In this document: positions 44,118-53,123 of the stretch, one piece after another
Layout: each line of letters opens with the position of its first letter
Position numbering within the stretch: position 1 is the first letter of the stretch
Source: Clostridia bacterium
Lineage (GTDB): Bacteria > Bacillota > Clostridia > Oscillospirales > Acutalibacteraceae
Length of the DNA: 64,000 bases
Direction of reading: 5' to 3'
Assembly (NCBI GenBank): GCA_017544665.1
Contig: JAFYDS010000035.1
Location: forward strand, 1,478 to 65,477
The notes under the pieces: model-generated
What the model saw: the letters and a program-made list of their open reading frames with translations, nothing else
Told to the model about the DNA's origin: nothing
Databases searched by the model: none
Translations under genes and position numbers: made by a program

Positions 44118-45354
44118 CAGATGGAACCTCCTTTGTGATGGGTGTGCTTGCCATGCCGTAGGCGTTTTCCGCCCGGACCGTCACGGCGCGCGTGTTCTGC
44201 CGCTTCGGCAGGTCGATGGTATAAAAAGGTTTCTCGTGGGTGAACCAGTATTCGTGCAGGGTATAGGCGTTTTCGAGAACCTTGCCGGACGCGTCAAGCG
44301 CTTCGGCGCGGTAGAGAAACACGGGGAAGCCGTCGCCGCTCTCTGCGGAGGGGCAGGTGACGCGGTACGCGTCGGCGTTGTCTTCCAGCTGCAGCGCCGC
44401 GTCCGCGGGGAACTCCGGCGGGGCGGAGCGCGCCTTTTGCCGCGCGGGCGTAAAGGGGAAGGCGGTTTTATCCGCGGGGAAACGCAGCACATAGCTGCAA
44501 AGAGAATCGCCCGACAAAAAGTCGTAGCCGCGCAGCACGACGGTGTTCTCCTTGTCGACTTCGATAATCCAGCCCTGCGAGATCGTTTCGCACTGCGGCG
44601 GGTGAACGGTGCGGTCACCACCGACCGTGAACTCCGCGTAGCTCAGCGCGCCGGTGCCGATCGCGGTGAAATCTCCCTGAAAGATCGAGCGCGGGTCGTT
44701 GAGCGGATAATGGGAATGCCCGGAAAAATGCACGACGTTCGGATACTTTGCAAGGATCTTCGTAAAGTGCGTCAGCCCCCAGCCGTCGAAGCTGGTGGAG
44801 CCGTAAACGGTGTTCCGGACATGCTCGTGCTGCATCACGAAGACCGGCGCGGCGGGGTTGTCCTTCGCCGCCTCTTTCAGCGCTTTTTTCAGCCAGCGCT
44901 TTTGCTTTCTGTCGTAGTAGCAGTCCTTTTCGCTCGTGGAAACGGCGATGAAATGCAGCCCGCCGAGCGTCAGGTGCGTGTCGGTCGAAAGCCCGGTGAT
45001 CTCCCGGAAATGGCGCAGGCCGGTTTTTTCGCCGCCCTTGCCGAACTCCCAGTTGTCGTGGTAGCGCGGGACGCAGGCGAGCACCTTCGTTTCCGGCTGC
45101 AGCGCGCTTTGCACCGTGTCCCAGAACGCGTGGAACTGCGCCGGCGTTCCGGTGTTGGTCAGGTCGCCGGCAAACAGAAACGCGTCCACGTTTTTGTAGG
45201 CCGGATGCGCCTGCGCGAGGGCGTAGGTCGTTTCCATCAGCTGCCGCAGCCGCTGCGTGTGGTCGTCGCCGGCTTCTTTGATGTGCAGGTCGGAGCAGAT
45301 ACAGAACCGCAAAAACGGACAGAACGAAGCGGGAACGGGTTCGAGATCGGACAT
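44110..45354 (-). CDS. Metallophosphoesterase (calcineurin-like) with C-terminal beta-domain
   Basis: 'CSDLH', 'FAGDLTNTG', 'GHSHYP'. GGGAGGTG RBS. Confidence 0.8.
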   Translation of the reverse strand: MSDLEPVPASFCPFLRFCICSDLHIKEAGDDHTQRLRQLMETTYALAQAHPAYKNVDAFLFAGDLTNTGTPAQFHAFWDTVQSALQPETKVLACVPRYHDNWEFGKGGEKTGLRHFREITGLSTDTHLTLGGLHFIAVSTSEKDCYYDRKQKRWLKKALKEAAKDNPAAPVFVMQHEHVRNTVYGSTSFDGWGLTHFTKILAKYPNVVHFSGHSHYPLNDPRSIFQGDFTAIGTGALSYAEFTVGGDRTVHPPQCETISQGWIIEVDKENTVVLRGYDFLSGDSLCSYVLRFPADKTAFPFTPARQKARSAPPEFPADAALQLEDNADAYRVTCPSAESGDGFPVFLYRAEALDASGKVLENAYTLHEYWFTHEKPFYTIDLPKRQNTRAVTVRAENAYGMASTPITKEVPSDV

Positions 45355-45524
45355 GTTGTCACCTCCCGGCAGGGTATATCTATTCTTATTATAGTAGGAA
45401 ACAAGGGAAAGTCAATGAAGAAAATATAAAATATTCAAAATTCGGTTGCAATTTCGCAATACTGCTGTATAATGAAAGGCAAGAAACCATCCATCCACAC
45501 CCACCAAAGAAAGGAAGGATCTTT

Positions 45525-46634
45525 ATGTCAAAGAAGAAGAAAATCATCCTTTGCTGTCTGGCGGCGCTCGTTGTCATCGCGGCCGTCGCGGCTGTCATCG
45601 TGTACAGCAAGCTCCCGCACGCTTTGAACTACCCGATCGACAAGATCGAGCCCTGTGAGCACCAGACCGTTAGCGTTGTGTCGCAGGATACGGACACCGT
45701 CACGCTGCAAAAGAACGACGACGGCGCGTTCCGGATCCTGATGTTCACCGATCAGCATCTCAACGGCGACAACAAGACCGGCTATAAGACCGTGGACCGC
45801 ATGGTGGAAGCCATTCAGCGCGAACAGCCCGATCTGGTGCTGGTCGGCGGCGACAATATCACCAGCGGCATGAACCGCAAGCGCAGCGCCCAGTTCGCGG
45901 AGATCTTTGAACAGCTCGGCGTCTATTGGGGCGGCGTCCTCGGCAACCACGAGGGCGACAACAAGTATTCCATCACCCGCACGGAGATGGTGGGCATCTT
46001 CTCGTCCCACGCACACTGCGTGATGCTGCCCGGGCCTGCGGATATCGACGGCGACTGCAACTATGTGATCCGCCTGCTCGACAAGGACGGCAACCTCGTG
46101 AAGACCATCTTCTGCCTCGATACGTTCGACGAAATCAGCGACGAGACCGCCGCTTCGCTGACGCTCTATGACAAGAGAACGCCCTACGACGGCGCGCACG
46201 AAAACCAGGTGCAGTGGTACCGCGAAAAGGCCGAAGCCCTCAAAGAGACCGACGGCGACTACGATTCCATTTTGCTGATGCACATCCCCCTGCACGCCTA
46301 TGACGAAGCGCTTGAAACCGAAAAAATGCTTTACGGCGATCAGCGCGAGGATATTTGCTCCACCGTCTATGACAACGGCCTGTTCACCGCGATTCAGGAC
46401 GTCGGCGTCACGCAGATCGTCTTCTGCGGCCACGACCACCTCAACAACTTCGGCGTCCAGTACAAAAACGTGCTGCTCAGCTATATCGAGCCGTCGGGCT
46501 ACGGTGCCTACGGGATGGACCGCCGTGACGCGCCGCCGTCAGACTGGCTGCAGGGCTACACCAAACTGGACCTCCTGTCGGACGGCACCGTCGCGCAGGA
46601 TCAGATCCGCTACGCAGAGGTGTACGGCGACTGA
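45525..46634 (+). CDS. Membrane-anchored metallophosphoesterase
   Basis: N-terminal TM. 'FTDQHL', 'GGDN', 'GNHEGD', 'CGHDH'. Confidence 0.8.
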   Translation: MSKKKKIILCCLAALVVIAAVAAVIVYSKLPHALNYPIDKIEPCEHQTVSVVSQDTDTVTLQKNDDGAFRILMFTDQHLNGDNKTGYKTVDRMVEAIQREQPDLVLVGGDNITSGMNRKRSAQFAEIFEQLGVYWGGVLGNHEGDNKYSITRTEMVGIFSSHAHCVMLPGPADIDGDCNYVIRLLDKDGNLVKTIFCLDTFDEISDETAASLTLYDKRTPYDGAHENQVQWYREKAEALKETDGDYDSILLMHIPLHAYDEALETEKMLYGDQREDICSTVYDNGLFTAIQDVGVTQIVFCGHDHLNNFGVQYKNVLLSYIEPSGYGAYGMDRRDAPPSDWLQGYTKLDLLSDGTVAQDQIRYAEVYGD

Positions 46635-48337
46635 TGGACAGATTTGAACGATTCGAGCCTTTGGAAAACGCGCGGCTGGTGCACCACTATATCACCAATA
46701 TGGTGGACAAGGCGGAGGACAATCTGCCTTACTGGCTGCTGCTGCCGAACAAAAAGCCCGCCGAGGCGGCGCACTGCCGCGTAGATGACGCGGAACTGGT
46801 CGGCTCGTGGTACGAGGGGCTTTGCTGCGCGATGGAGATGCTCGGCACCAACGACGGCGACGACGTCAAACAGTCGCTGCGGCGTCACCTGATGAAATCG
46901 TGGGGAGAACACGGGCTGCGCTTCTGCGAGCCCTATCCGTGGACGCATACGGTCCACGCCTCGTTCCACGAGATGGGATACATCCTTCCCGCGCTGAACA
47001 AAATCGTCGAAGAATACCCCGACGATAAAGAAGCTGAAAAACGCACAAGCGAGCTGATCCGCGGGATGCGCTCGCTCGTGATCGAGCGCAAGGTGCGCAC
47101 GTTCTGGTCGGGCGATTTTCCGGAACCGGAACCGCTCTATGAATTCCCGAACGACGTCTATCTCAAAGACGGCGGCTTCGATCTCACGCGGCACACCGGC
47201 CGCTGCGAGCAGTCGATCCGCAACGCGCTGATGCTGCACGCCCTTGCGCGCCGGTATGAACTGAAGCACGATGAAACTGCGCTCGATCTCGCGATCGGTA
47301 TCGCGAACGATGTGCTCGGTCCATCGCGGTATTTCAACTATAAGATGGAGTTCTTCGGCCATGTCCATTCCGCCGCGTGGTTCGCCTGCGGACTTGTCTA
47401 TCTCGGCCGGCTGATCCATAACGATACCTATATTGAAAAAGGCAAGGCGATCTACGACTATATCCGTTCGCTGTCGTCGTCCTTCGGCTGGGTGCCGGAG
47501 TACGCGCAGTGGCATCCGCCCGAAGAGGAACACTGCGAGACCTGCTGCGTGCGCGACATGATCCTTTGCGCGCGGGAGCTGACAAAGTGCGGTTACGACT
47601 GCTACTGGGACGACTTCAACTGCTTCGCCCGCAACCAGCTCGTCGAAAACCAGATCCGCTACACGGGCTACGTCACGGTCGATAACACGAAGCCCGACGC
47701 CGACGGTATCACCTACCGCGACATCGACAAGCGGATGGTCGGCGGCTTCACAGGCGGCAGCGAGCCGAACTCCATTTCGCTGCAGCGCTTTCGCTCGATC
47801 GCGGGCTGCTGCGTCGGCACGGCGCCGACCGCGCTCAAGGAAGTGTGGGACAACGCGATCACAGAAGAAAACGGTGTGTTCGTCGTGAACGTGCCGATGG
47901 ATAAAGAGATCGACGCACTGATCCTGTCGTCCGCGCTGCCGAACGAAGGAAAGCTATCCCTGACGGCAAAGAAGGCCTGCCGCGCGGGCTTCCGGCTCTA
48001 CGGCTGGATGGGAGACGATCTCGCCTTTACAATCAACGGCAAGCCGGCCGAGGTGACCCGCGACGGCAAAACCGCGACCGCGGATCTGAATCCGGGCGAT
48101 ACGCTGGTTTTGGCATTCAACGTGGAAACGCGCGAAGAAAAAGAGACTGTCGCCGGACGGACCTTCACCGTGCTGTGGCGCGGCTGCGACGTTGTCGATC
48201 TGCTGCCGCGCGGCGAACACGTCCGTCTCTATCAGCGCGACAACGACGCGCCGAAGTATTACCCGACGCCGGACGACGTGGTCTATACCGGCGCGGTCAA
48301 CTACGGCCCGACACAGCAAAAGGGAGGCGCAAAATGA
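46634..48337 (+). CDS. Hypothetical protein, GH127/DUF1680-like candidate (Glu-x-Cys ... Cys-Cys motif)
   Basis: 'HCETCC' (about 47527-47548) and 'AGCCVG' (about 47804-47812). Motif order resembles the E-x-C ... C-C zinc/nucleophile site of GH127 beta-L-arabinofuranosidases, and the spacing looks comparable by rough count from memory. TGATG overlap with the upstream gene. Confidence 0.45.
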   Translation: MDRFERFEPLENARLVHHYITNMVDKAEDNLPYWLLLPNKKPAEAAHCRVDDAELVGSWYEGLCCAMEMLGTNDGDDVKQSLRRHLMKSWGEHGLRFCEPYPWTHTVHASFHEMGYILPALNKIVEEYPDDKEAEKRTSELIRGMRSLVIERKVRTFWSGDFPEPEPLYEFPNDVYLKDGGFDLTRHTGRCEQSIRNALMLHALARRYELKHDETALDLAIGIANDVLGPSRYFNYKMEFFGHVHSAAWFACGLVYLGRLIHNDTYIEKGKAIYDYIRSLSSSFGWVPEYAQWHPPEEEHCETCCVRDMILCARELTKCGYDCYWDDFNCFARNQLVENQIRYTGYVTVDNTKPDADGITYRDIDKRMVGGFTGGSEPNSISLQRFRSIAGCCVGTAPTALKEVWDNAITEENGVFVVNVPMDKEIDALILSSALPNEGKLSLTAKKACRAGFRLYGWMGDDLAFTINGKPAEVTRDGKTATADLNPGDTLVLAFNVETREEKETVAGRTFTVLWRGCDVVDLLPRGEHVRLYQRDNDAPKYYPTPDDVVYTGAVNYGPTQQKGGAK

Positions 48338-49077
48338 ACGTACTGAGTTTCAACGTTCTTTGCCGCGACTGGGCGCCGCGCGTGCCGCTGGTGACCGATG
48401 TGATCTGCGCCGAGGCGCCGGACGTGTTCGGGCTGCAGGAGGCGCACGCCGACTGGATGGACGCGGTCTGCGCCGCCTTCCCGGACTACGATTATGTCGG
48501 CATCGGCAGAAATGACGGTAAGCGGGACGGCGAGTTTTCGGCGGTGTTCTATCAAAAAGACCGGTTCACGCTCCTCGACAGCGGCCATTTCTGGCTCAGC
48601 GAGACGCCCGACGTCCCCGGTAAGGGCTGGGACGCGGCGTGCATCCGCATCTGTTCATGGGCGCTCCTTGAGGACAAGACGAACGGCAAACGCTTCGCCG
48701 TGATGAATACCCATCTCGACCACAGAGGCGCTGTCGCCGCGGAGCAGGGGATGGCGCTGATTCTGGAACGCGCGGCGCAGTTCGGCGATCTGCCGGTGTT
48801 GCTGATGGGCGACTTCAACTCTTTCCCCGAATCCGCGCCCTGCCGCCGCGCGATGGACGCCGGCTTCGCGGACGCGCGTGCGGTCGCGCCGGTTCGTGAC
48901 GATCTCTACACGTTCCACAACTTCGGCGACCCGAACGACAACGCGTTTCAAAAGATCATCGACTATATCTTTGTCAAAAACTGTAAAAGCGTGGAATCGT
49001 TCCGCGTTGTGACTGACCGTCCGGATGGCTTTCTCCCGTCGGACCACTACCCCGTTTTTGCGGCGGTGAACATATAA
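48334..49077 (+). CDS. Endonuclease/exonuclease/phosphatase (EEP) family protein
   Basis: 'MNVLSFNVL', 'GLQEAH', 'NTHLDH', 'LPSDHYPV'. ATGA overlap. GGGAGG RBS. Confidence 0.8.
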   Translation: MNVLSFNVLCRDWAPRVPLVTDVICAEAPDVFGLQEAHADWMDAVCAAFPDYDYVGIGRNDGKRDGEFSAVFYQKDRFTLLDSGHFWLSETPDVPGKGWDAACIRICSWALLEDKTNGKRFAVMNTHLDHRGAVAAEQGMALILERAAQFGDLPVLLMGDFNSFPESAPCRRAMDAGFADARAVAPVRDDLYTFHNFGDPNDNAFQKIIDYIFVKNCKSVESFRVVTDRPDGFLPSDHYPVFAAVNI

Positions 49078-49087
49078 GGAGGACACT

Positions 49088-49879
49088 ATGAGATACGGTG
49101 TGAGTTTCAGTCTGGATCTGCCGCAGCAGGTGCGGATGACAAAGGAAGCAGGCTTCGATTATGCGGAATGCGGCTTCGGCTCGCTTTCGCGGGCGGACGA
49201 CAAGGCGTTTGCGGCGTACCGCGACGCGCTTCGGGAAAACGACATCCCCTGCGAAGCGGCGAACTGCTTTATCCCGGGCGATCTGCCGATCATCGGCACA
49301 GACTATGCCCGCAAGGAGATGCGCGACTATATTGAGAACGGGATGCGCCGCGGCGCGCAGCTCGGTCTGCGGACGGTCGCGTTCGGCTCAGGTGGGGCGC
49401 GTTCTCTGCCGAAGGGCGTCACCTTTTCCGACGGCTTCCGTCAGCTCGGCGCGTTTTTGCGCGACGTGGTGTCTCCGATCGCCGCGGCGTACGGCGTTAC
49501 GGTCGCGATCGAGCCGCTGCGCAAAAAGGAGTGCAACATGATCCATACGCTCGATGAGGGCGTGATGCTCGCTGCACTCGCCGACCGCGAGAACATTTCG
49601 TGCCTCGCTGACGTCTATCACATGTGGGGCGCGGGCGACAGCTTCGACGATCTGCGCAAGCTGCGCGGCTGTATCGCCCACGGGCACATCTCCAACCCCG
49701 AAACGCCGGACAAAAAGGCGAAGCGAACCTTCCCATTAGAGAAGAAAGAGTTCGATTACAAGGGCTTCGTCATGGCGCTGCGCGACGCGGGCTGCGAACG
49801 CTGCTCGATCGAGGCGAAGGTCTACGACTTCCCGACGGAGATCAAGAAATCGGGCGCGATTCTGAAAAACCTGTTATAA
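49088..49879 (+). CDS. Sugar phosphate isomerase/epimerase (xylose-isomerase-like TIM barrel)
   Basis: AP_endonuc_2-like sequence ('VAIEPL', 'DVYHMW'). AAGGAGG RBS. Confidence 0.8.
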   Translation: MRYGVSFSLDLPQQVRMTKEAGFDYAECGFGSLSRADDKAFAAYRDALRENDIPCEAANCFIPGDLPIIGTDYARKEMRDYIENGMRRGAQLGLRTVAFGSGGARSLPKGVTFSDGFRQLGAFLRDVVSPIAAAYGVTVAIEPLRKKECNMIHTLDEGVMLAALADRENISCLADVYHMWGAGDSFDDLRKLRGCIAHGHISNPETPDKKAKRTFPLEKKEFDYKGFVMALRDAGCERCSIEAKVYDFPTEIKKSGAILKNLL

Positions 49880-49895
49880 TATATAGAAAAATGAG

Positions 49896-49930
49896 ACCGC
49901 ACGGCGTTTTGCCGTGCGGTTTTTGCTTTT
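49896..49930 (+). terminator. Intrinsic terminator
   Basis: accgcacggc-gtttt-gccgtgcggt followed by ttttgctttt. Confidence 0.8.
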
Positions 49931-49969
49931 ATTAAGCACCTCTTAATCGATCCTTAATGCATTGCCAAA

Positions 49970-49998
49970 TTGAATCTTAAGCAGGGCGCGAATATAAT
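49970..49998 (+). promoter_or_regulatory. Sigma70-type promoter with about 125-nt leader upstream of the first small secreted protein gene
   Basis: TTGAAT-17 nt-TATAAT. Confidence 0.5.
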
Positions 49999-50129
49999 GG
50001 TCTCAACAAAACGAAAGCGGACGCCGCTGCCGATCGCCGGCAGGAAAACGCTTCCTACAAAAACCGGAACCGTCTGTTGTAGAATGTGCTTGCAACAAAA
50101 CAAACGGAGAAAAAAAGGAGATCATACCC

Positions 50130-50636
50130 ATGAAAAACATTAAGAGAACCATCGCCCTCATCTGCGCAATCATTACGCTTCTTGTCTGCTTCAGCAACTT
50201 CGCGAGCGCGGCAACCGTCAGCAAGGACAAACAAAGCGTCACCGGCATCCGCGGCGGCCAGACCGTCTATATCAAGACGAACACCGCGTGGAACACTAAT
50301 TTCTGCGGCGGCCTTTACAGAACGAACGTCCGCATCTTCATCCCGATCGGCTACCGCGACCAGTATCAGAAGAGCGCCGCGTCCTCCGGCAAGCAGATCA
50401 AGATCACGACCTTCCAGCGCGCCGGGAGCAGCTGGGTCAGACAAAAGAACCTTTCCGGCAGCTTCTTCTGCAACGGCTATTCCGGTCTGCTGAACTGCGA
50501 TTTGCGGCTCCCCGGCAAAGGCGTTCTGTATAAGATCGTCATCACGCCGGAAAAGCAGGGCACGGTCCGTACGCCGTCCGATATGACCGGCATCAAGCTG
50601 GATATCAACTACGGCACGATCGTCGGCGTGAGCTGA
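50130..50636 (+). CDS. Small secreted protein of unknown function, paralog 1
   Basis: Signal peptide ending 'FASA/ATV'. AAAAGGAG RBS. Shares conserved blocks with the next gene. Confidence 0.7.
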   Translation: MKNIKRTIALICAIITLLVCFSNFASAATVSKDKQSVTGIRGGQTVYIKTNTAWNTNFCGGLYRTNVRIFIPIGYRDQYQKSAASSGKQIKITTFQRAGSSWVRQKNLSGSFFCNGYSGLLNCDLRLPGKGVLYKIVITPEKQGTVRTPSDMTGIKLDINYGTIVGVS

Positions 50637-50746
50637 GAGGAACGCAACAAAACCTGTCATCAACAGTAAGACAGCCTGATCAACTGTAAGCTGTTTATGA
50701 AAAAATACAAAACTGATATCAAAAACAGAAAAGGAGTCAACCAACA

Positions 50747-51283
50747 ATGAAAAAAGCCAAAAGAATCATCGCCATGCTCTGCATCGTAGCAACCATTATC
50801 ACCTGCATCGGATTAACTGCCGGCGCAGCGAGCATCAGCGGAAACAGACACACAGCAACCGGGGTCAATGCCGCACAGTCGGTCTATATTACCTCCAACA
50901 ACGGCTGGAACACGGAATTGTTCGGCAACACCTATCGGACGAAGATTCAAATCAAACTCGGTGCATCGTATTATGAGTATTTTCAGTATAACCTTTCCAC
51001 CGGCAGCGTCGCCAAGATGAAGGTTATGATCTATAAAAAATCAGGCAATGCCTGGTCGCTCTACAGCCAGGGCACCTATAACTGCAACAACCGCGGATAT
51101 ATCAGTTCCGGCTCAAGCGCAAAAACGTTCGTGCTGCCGGGGAAAAACGTGAAATATAAGGTGTCCTTTGCTCCGGTCGTGGGCGAACCGGTTGCGTCAT
51201 TTATCGGCTACTCCAGACCGGCAAATCTGAACAACATGACCGTTGCAATTACTTCGTACGGCACAATCACCTCTGTGTCTTAA
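50747..51283 (+). CDS. Small secreted protein of unknown function, paralog 2
   Basis: Signal peptide ending 'TAGA/ASI'. AAAAGGAG RBS. Shared blocks: 'TG(I/V)..(G/A)Q(T/S)VYI', 'WNT', 'YRT', 'LPGK.V.YK', C-terminal 'YGTI..VS'. Confidence 0.7.
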   Translation: MKKAKRIIAMLCIVATIITCIGLTAGAASISGNRHTATGVNAAQSVYITSNNGWNTELFGNTYRTKIQIKLGASYYEYFQYNLSTGSVAKMKVMIYKKSGNAWSLYSQGTYNCNNRGYISSGSSAKTFVLPGKNVKYKVSFAPVVGEPVASFIGYSRPANLNNMTVAITSYGTITSVS

Positions 51284-51304
51284 AACGGAGCGTTCCATAA
51301 AAGA

Positions 51305-51345
51305 CTGCTGCACCCTTGGAAGGATGGTGCAGCAGCCTTTTTTAT
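51305..51345. terminator. Bidirectional intrinsic terminator
   Basis: ctgctgcacc...ggtgcagcag followed by cctttttt. Confidence 0.75.
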
Positions 51346-51350
51346 GAAGT

Positions 51351-53123
51351 TTATTTGTCGGCGGTCTCTTCTATATACGCTTTGTGCTCGCGATGGAAGA
51401 ACTTTTCCTCCGGCTTGAGATCGAGACCGATCGTGCCGCCGGGGTTCATCAGATAATCCGGGTCGAAATAGTTTTTCAGCGTGCGGATCACGCCGTATTC
51501 TTTTTCGCCGAGATAGCCCTCGAGCCACGGTGCGAACATCTTGCCGATGCCGTGGTGGTGGCTGATCGCCGCGCCGCTCTTCTGGATCGCGTCGAGGATC
51601 GTTGCGTGGTAGCGGCGAAACTCCTCCTCGTCCTGCATCTTCGTCATAAAGATGAAGTAGAGGTTCGCGCCCTGCGGGTAGCAGTGGGACATGTGGGTCG
51701 TTACGATCGTGTTCGGCAGCGCGTGGCAGACTTCGCGGACCTCGCGGTGGACGCGGCCCATGTTGGACCAGTTGACGGTGCACTCCAGTGTGTCGATCAT
51801 GAAGCCGAAATCCATCAGCGTGTCGCGCAGGTAGGGGTCGTTGAAGCGGCCCTTCTCCCATCCCTTGCAGACGAGGCCCGTCATCGGGATCGCGCCGTGC
51901 TTGCGGGCGATACGGGAGATGTTCTTCGCAACGTTCTTCGAAAAGCCTTTTTCACCGTCGGTGAAGCCGAGGAAGAGACAGCGCTCGAAATCCTTGTAGC
52001 CGAGCTTTTCGAGGATCGGCCCCAGCGGCGTTTCGTCCACGTTATACAGATGGAGCATCAGCGACGTTTCTTCGGGGTCCGACAGGCGGAAGACCGAAGA
52101 ATAGCCGCTTTCGCACTGCATCATCTCGCGCGCGGCCTCCATCGCAATCTCCCAGTTCTTGAACATATAGGAAAAGCGCTTGCGGTTTTCGGGCATCCAG
52201 CGGAAGACTTTGAGCGTCACTTCGGTCAAAACGCCGAAGGTGCCCTCGCTGCCCATCATGATCTGGTTGAGATTCGGACCGGTCGCTTCGCGCGGATAGT
52301 GGCTCGTTTCGATCTTGCCGATCGGCGTCGCGTATTTTTGCGAGAGCACGATGTCGGCGATCGTGCCGTAGTAGGTGCTGTTCTGGCCCGCGCCACGCGT
52401 GACCGTCCAGCCGCCGACCGAAGAGTACTCGAACGACTGCGGGAAGTGTCCGCAGGTGTAGGCGCGCTTCGCGCCGAAGAGGGTCGGTGCGTTCTGCAGC
52501 GTCTCTTCCAGCTTCGGGCCGGACATGCCCGACTGCACGGTGATGGTCTGGTCGGTCTCGTTGAAGGCGATCACCTTGTTGAAGTTGCGGCGCATATCGA
52601 GCGAGACGCCGCCCTTGATCGGCTCCACGCCGCGCGTGACGGAGGAACCGCCGCCGTAAACGTACAGCGGAAGCTTGTGCTCGGTCACGTAAGAGACGAT
52701 CGCTTCGATCTGCTCGCTCGTTTCAGGGAAGACGACCAGATCCGGCAGCGAATCAAAGCGGTGGTGCCGCATCCGCAGCAGGTCGTACATTGTCTGCCCG
52801 TAGGCGACGGCGAGCCGGTCGTAGTCGCTTTGTGAGACGTTCTGTTCGCCGACGATCGCGGCGATGGCGGCGACGTGCGCGGGGTCGATCTGCGGTGCGT
52901 GTTCCGGTCCGAGCTCCACCGGCTCCATGCCGATTTCGTCGTTATACTGCTTGAAGTCGTCGTCAGAAAGGTTGCACCGGGTCTTCACATAGTTGTAAAG
53001 GCTCTCTTTGGGATACTTGAAGAAATCCGGATCGCCCCAGCGGAAGATGGAACGGTAGCTGTTTTCGGGCGCGCGGTCCAACACCCAGTTCGGCTCAAAG
53101 CCGCGGTACGGTTTCGTGCTCAT
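51351..53123 (-). CDS. FAD-linked oxidase, alkyl-DHAP-synthase (AGPS)-like / GlcD-like
   Basis: 590 aa. FAD_binding_4-type region ('LYVYGGGSSVTRG') and AGPS-like N- and C-terminal regions. AGGAGGA RBS. Overlaps the kinase stop. Confidence 0.8.
   Translation of the reverse strand: MSTKPYRGFEPNWVLDRAPENSYRSIFRWGDPDFFKYPKESLYNYVKTRCNLSDDDFKQYNDEIGMEPVELGPEHAPQIDPAHVAAIAAIVGEQNVSQSDYDRLAVAYGQTMYDLLRMRHHRFDSLPDLVVFPETSEQIEAIVSYVTEHKLPLYVYGGGSSVTRGVEPIKGGVSLDMRRNFNKVIAFNETDQTITVQSGMSGPKLEETLQNAPTLFGAKRAYTCGHFPQSFEYSSVGGWTVTRGAGQNSTYYGTIADIVLSQKYATPIGKIETSHYPREATGPNLNQIMMGSEGTFGVLTEVTLKVFRWMPENRKRFSYMFKNWEIAMEAAREMMQCESGYSSVFRLSDPEETSLMLHLYNVDETPLGPILEKLGYKDFERCLFLGFTDGEKGFSKNVAKNISRIARKHGAIPMTGLVCKGWEKGRFNDPYLRDTLMDFGFMIDTLECTVNWSNMGRVHREVREVCHALPNTIVTTHMSHCYPQGANLYFIFMTKMQDEEEFRRYHATILDAIQKSGAAISHHHGIGKMFAPWLEGYLGEKEYGVIRTLKNYFDPDYLMNPGGTIGLDLKPEEKFFHREHKAYIEETADK

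Noticed and set aside
50000-50129. c-di-GMP (GEMM-like) riboswitch or a 49-aa basic leader peptide in the leader of the first small secreted protein gene
   Set aside because: Only a fragmentary resemblance (CGAAAGCGGACGC), without the second conserved half of GEMM-I. The small ORF has no RBS and its ATG overlaps the -10 element.
50055-50747. 230-aa minus-strand ORF
   Set aside because: Antisense to the secreted-protein gene, which has an RBS, a signal peptide and an adjacent paralog.
49931-51345. Mobile element or prophage remnant
   Set aside because: No integrase, transposase or recombinase gene, and no flanking direct or inverted repeats that I can see. Only compositional oddity, so it is reported as an islet and not as a mobile element.
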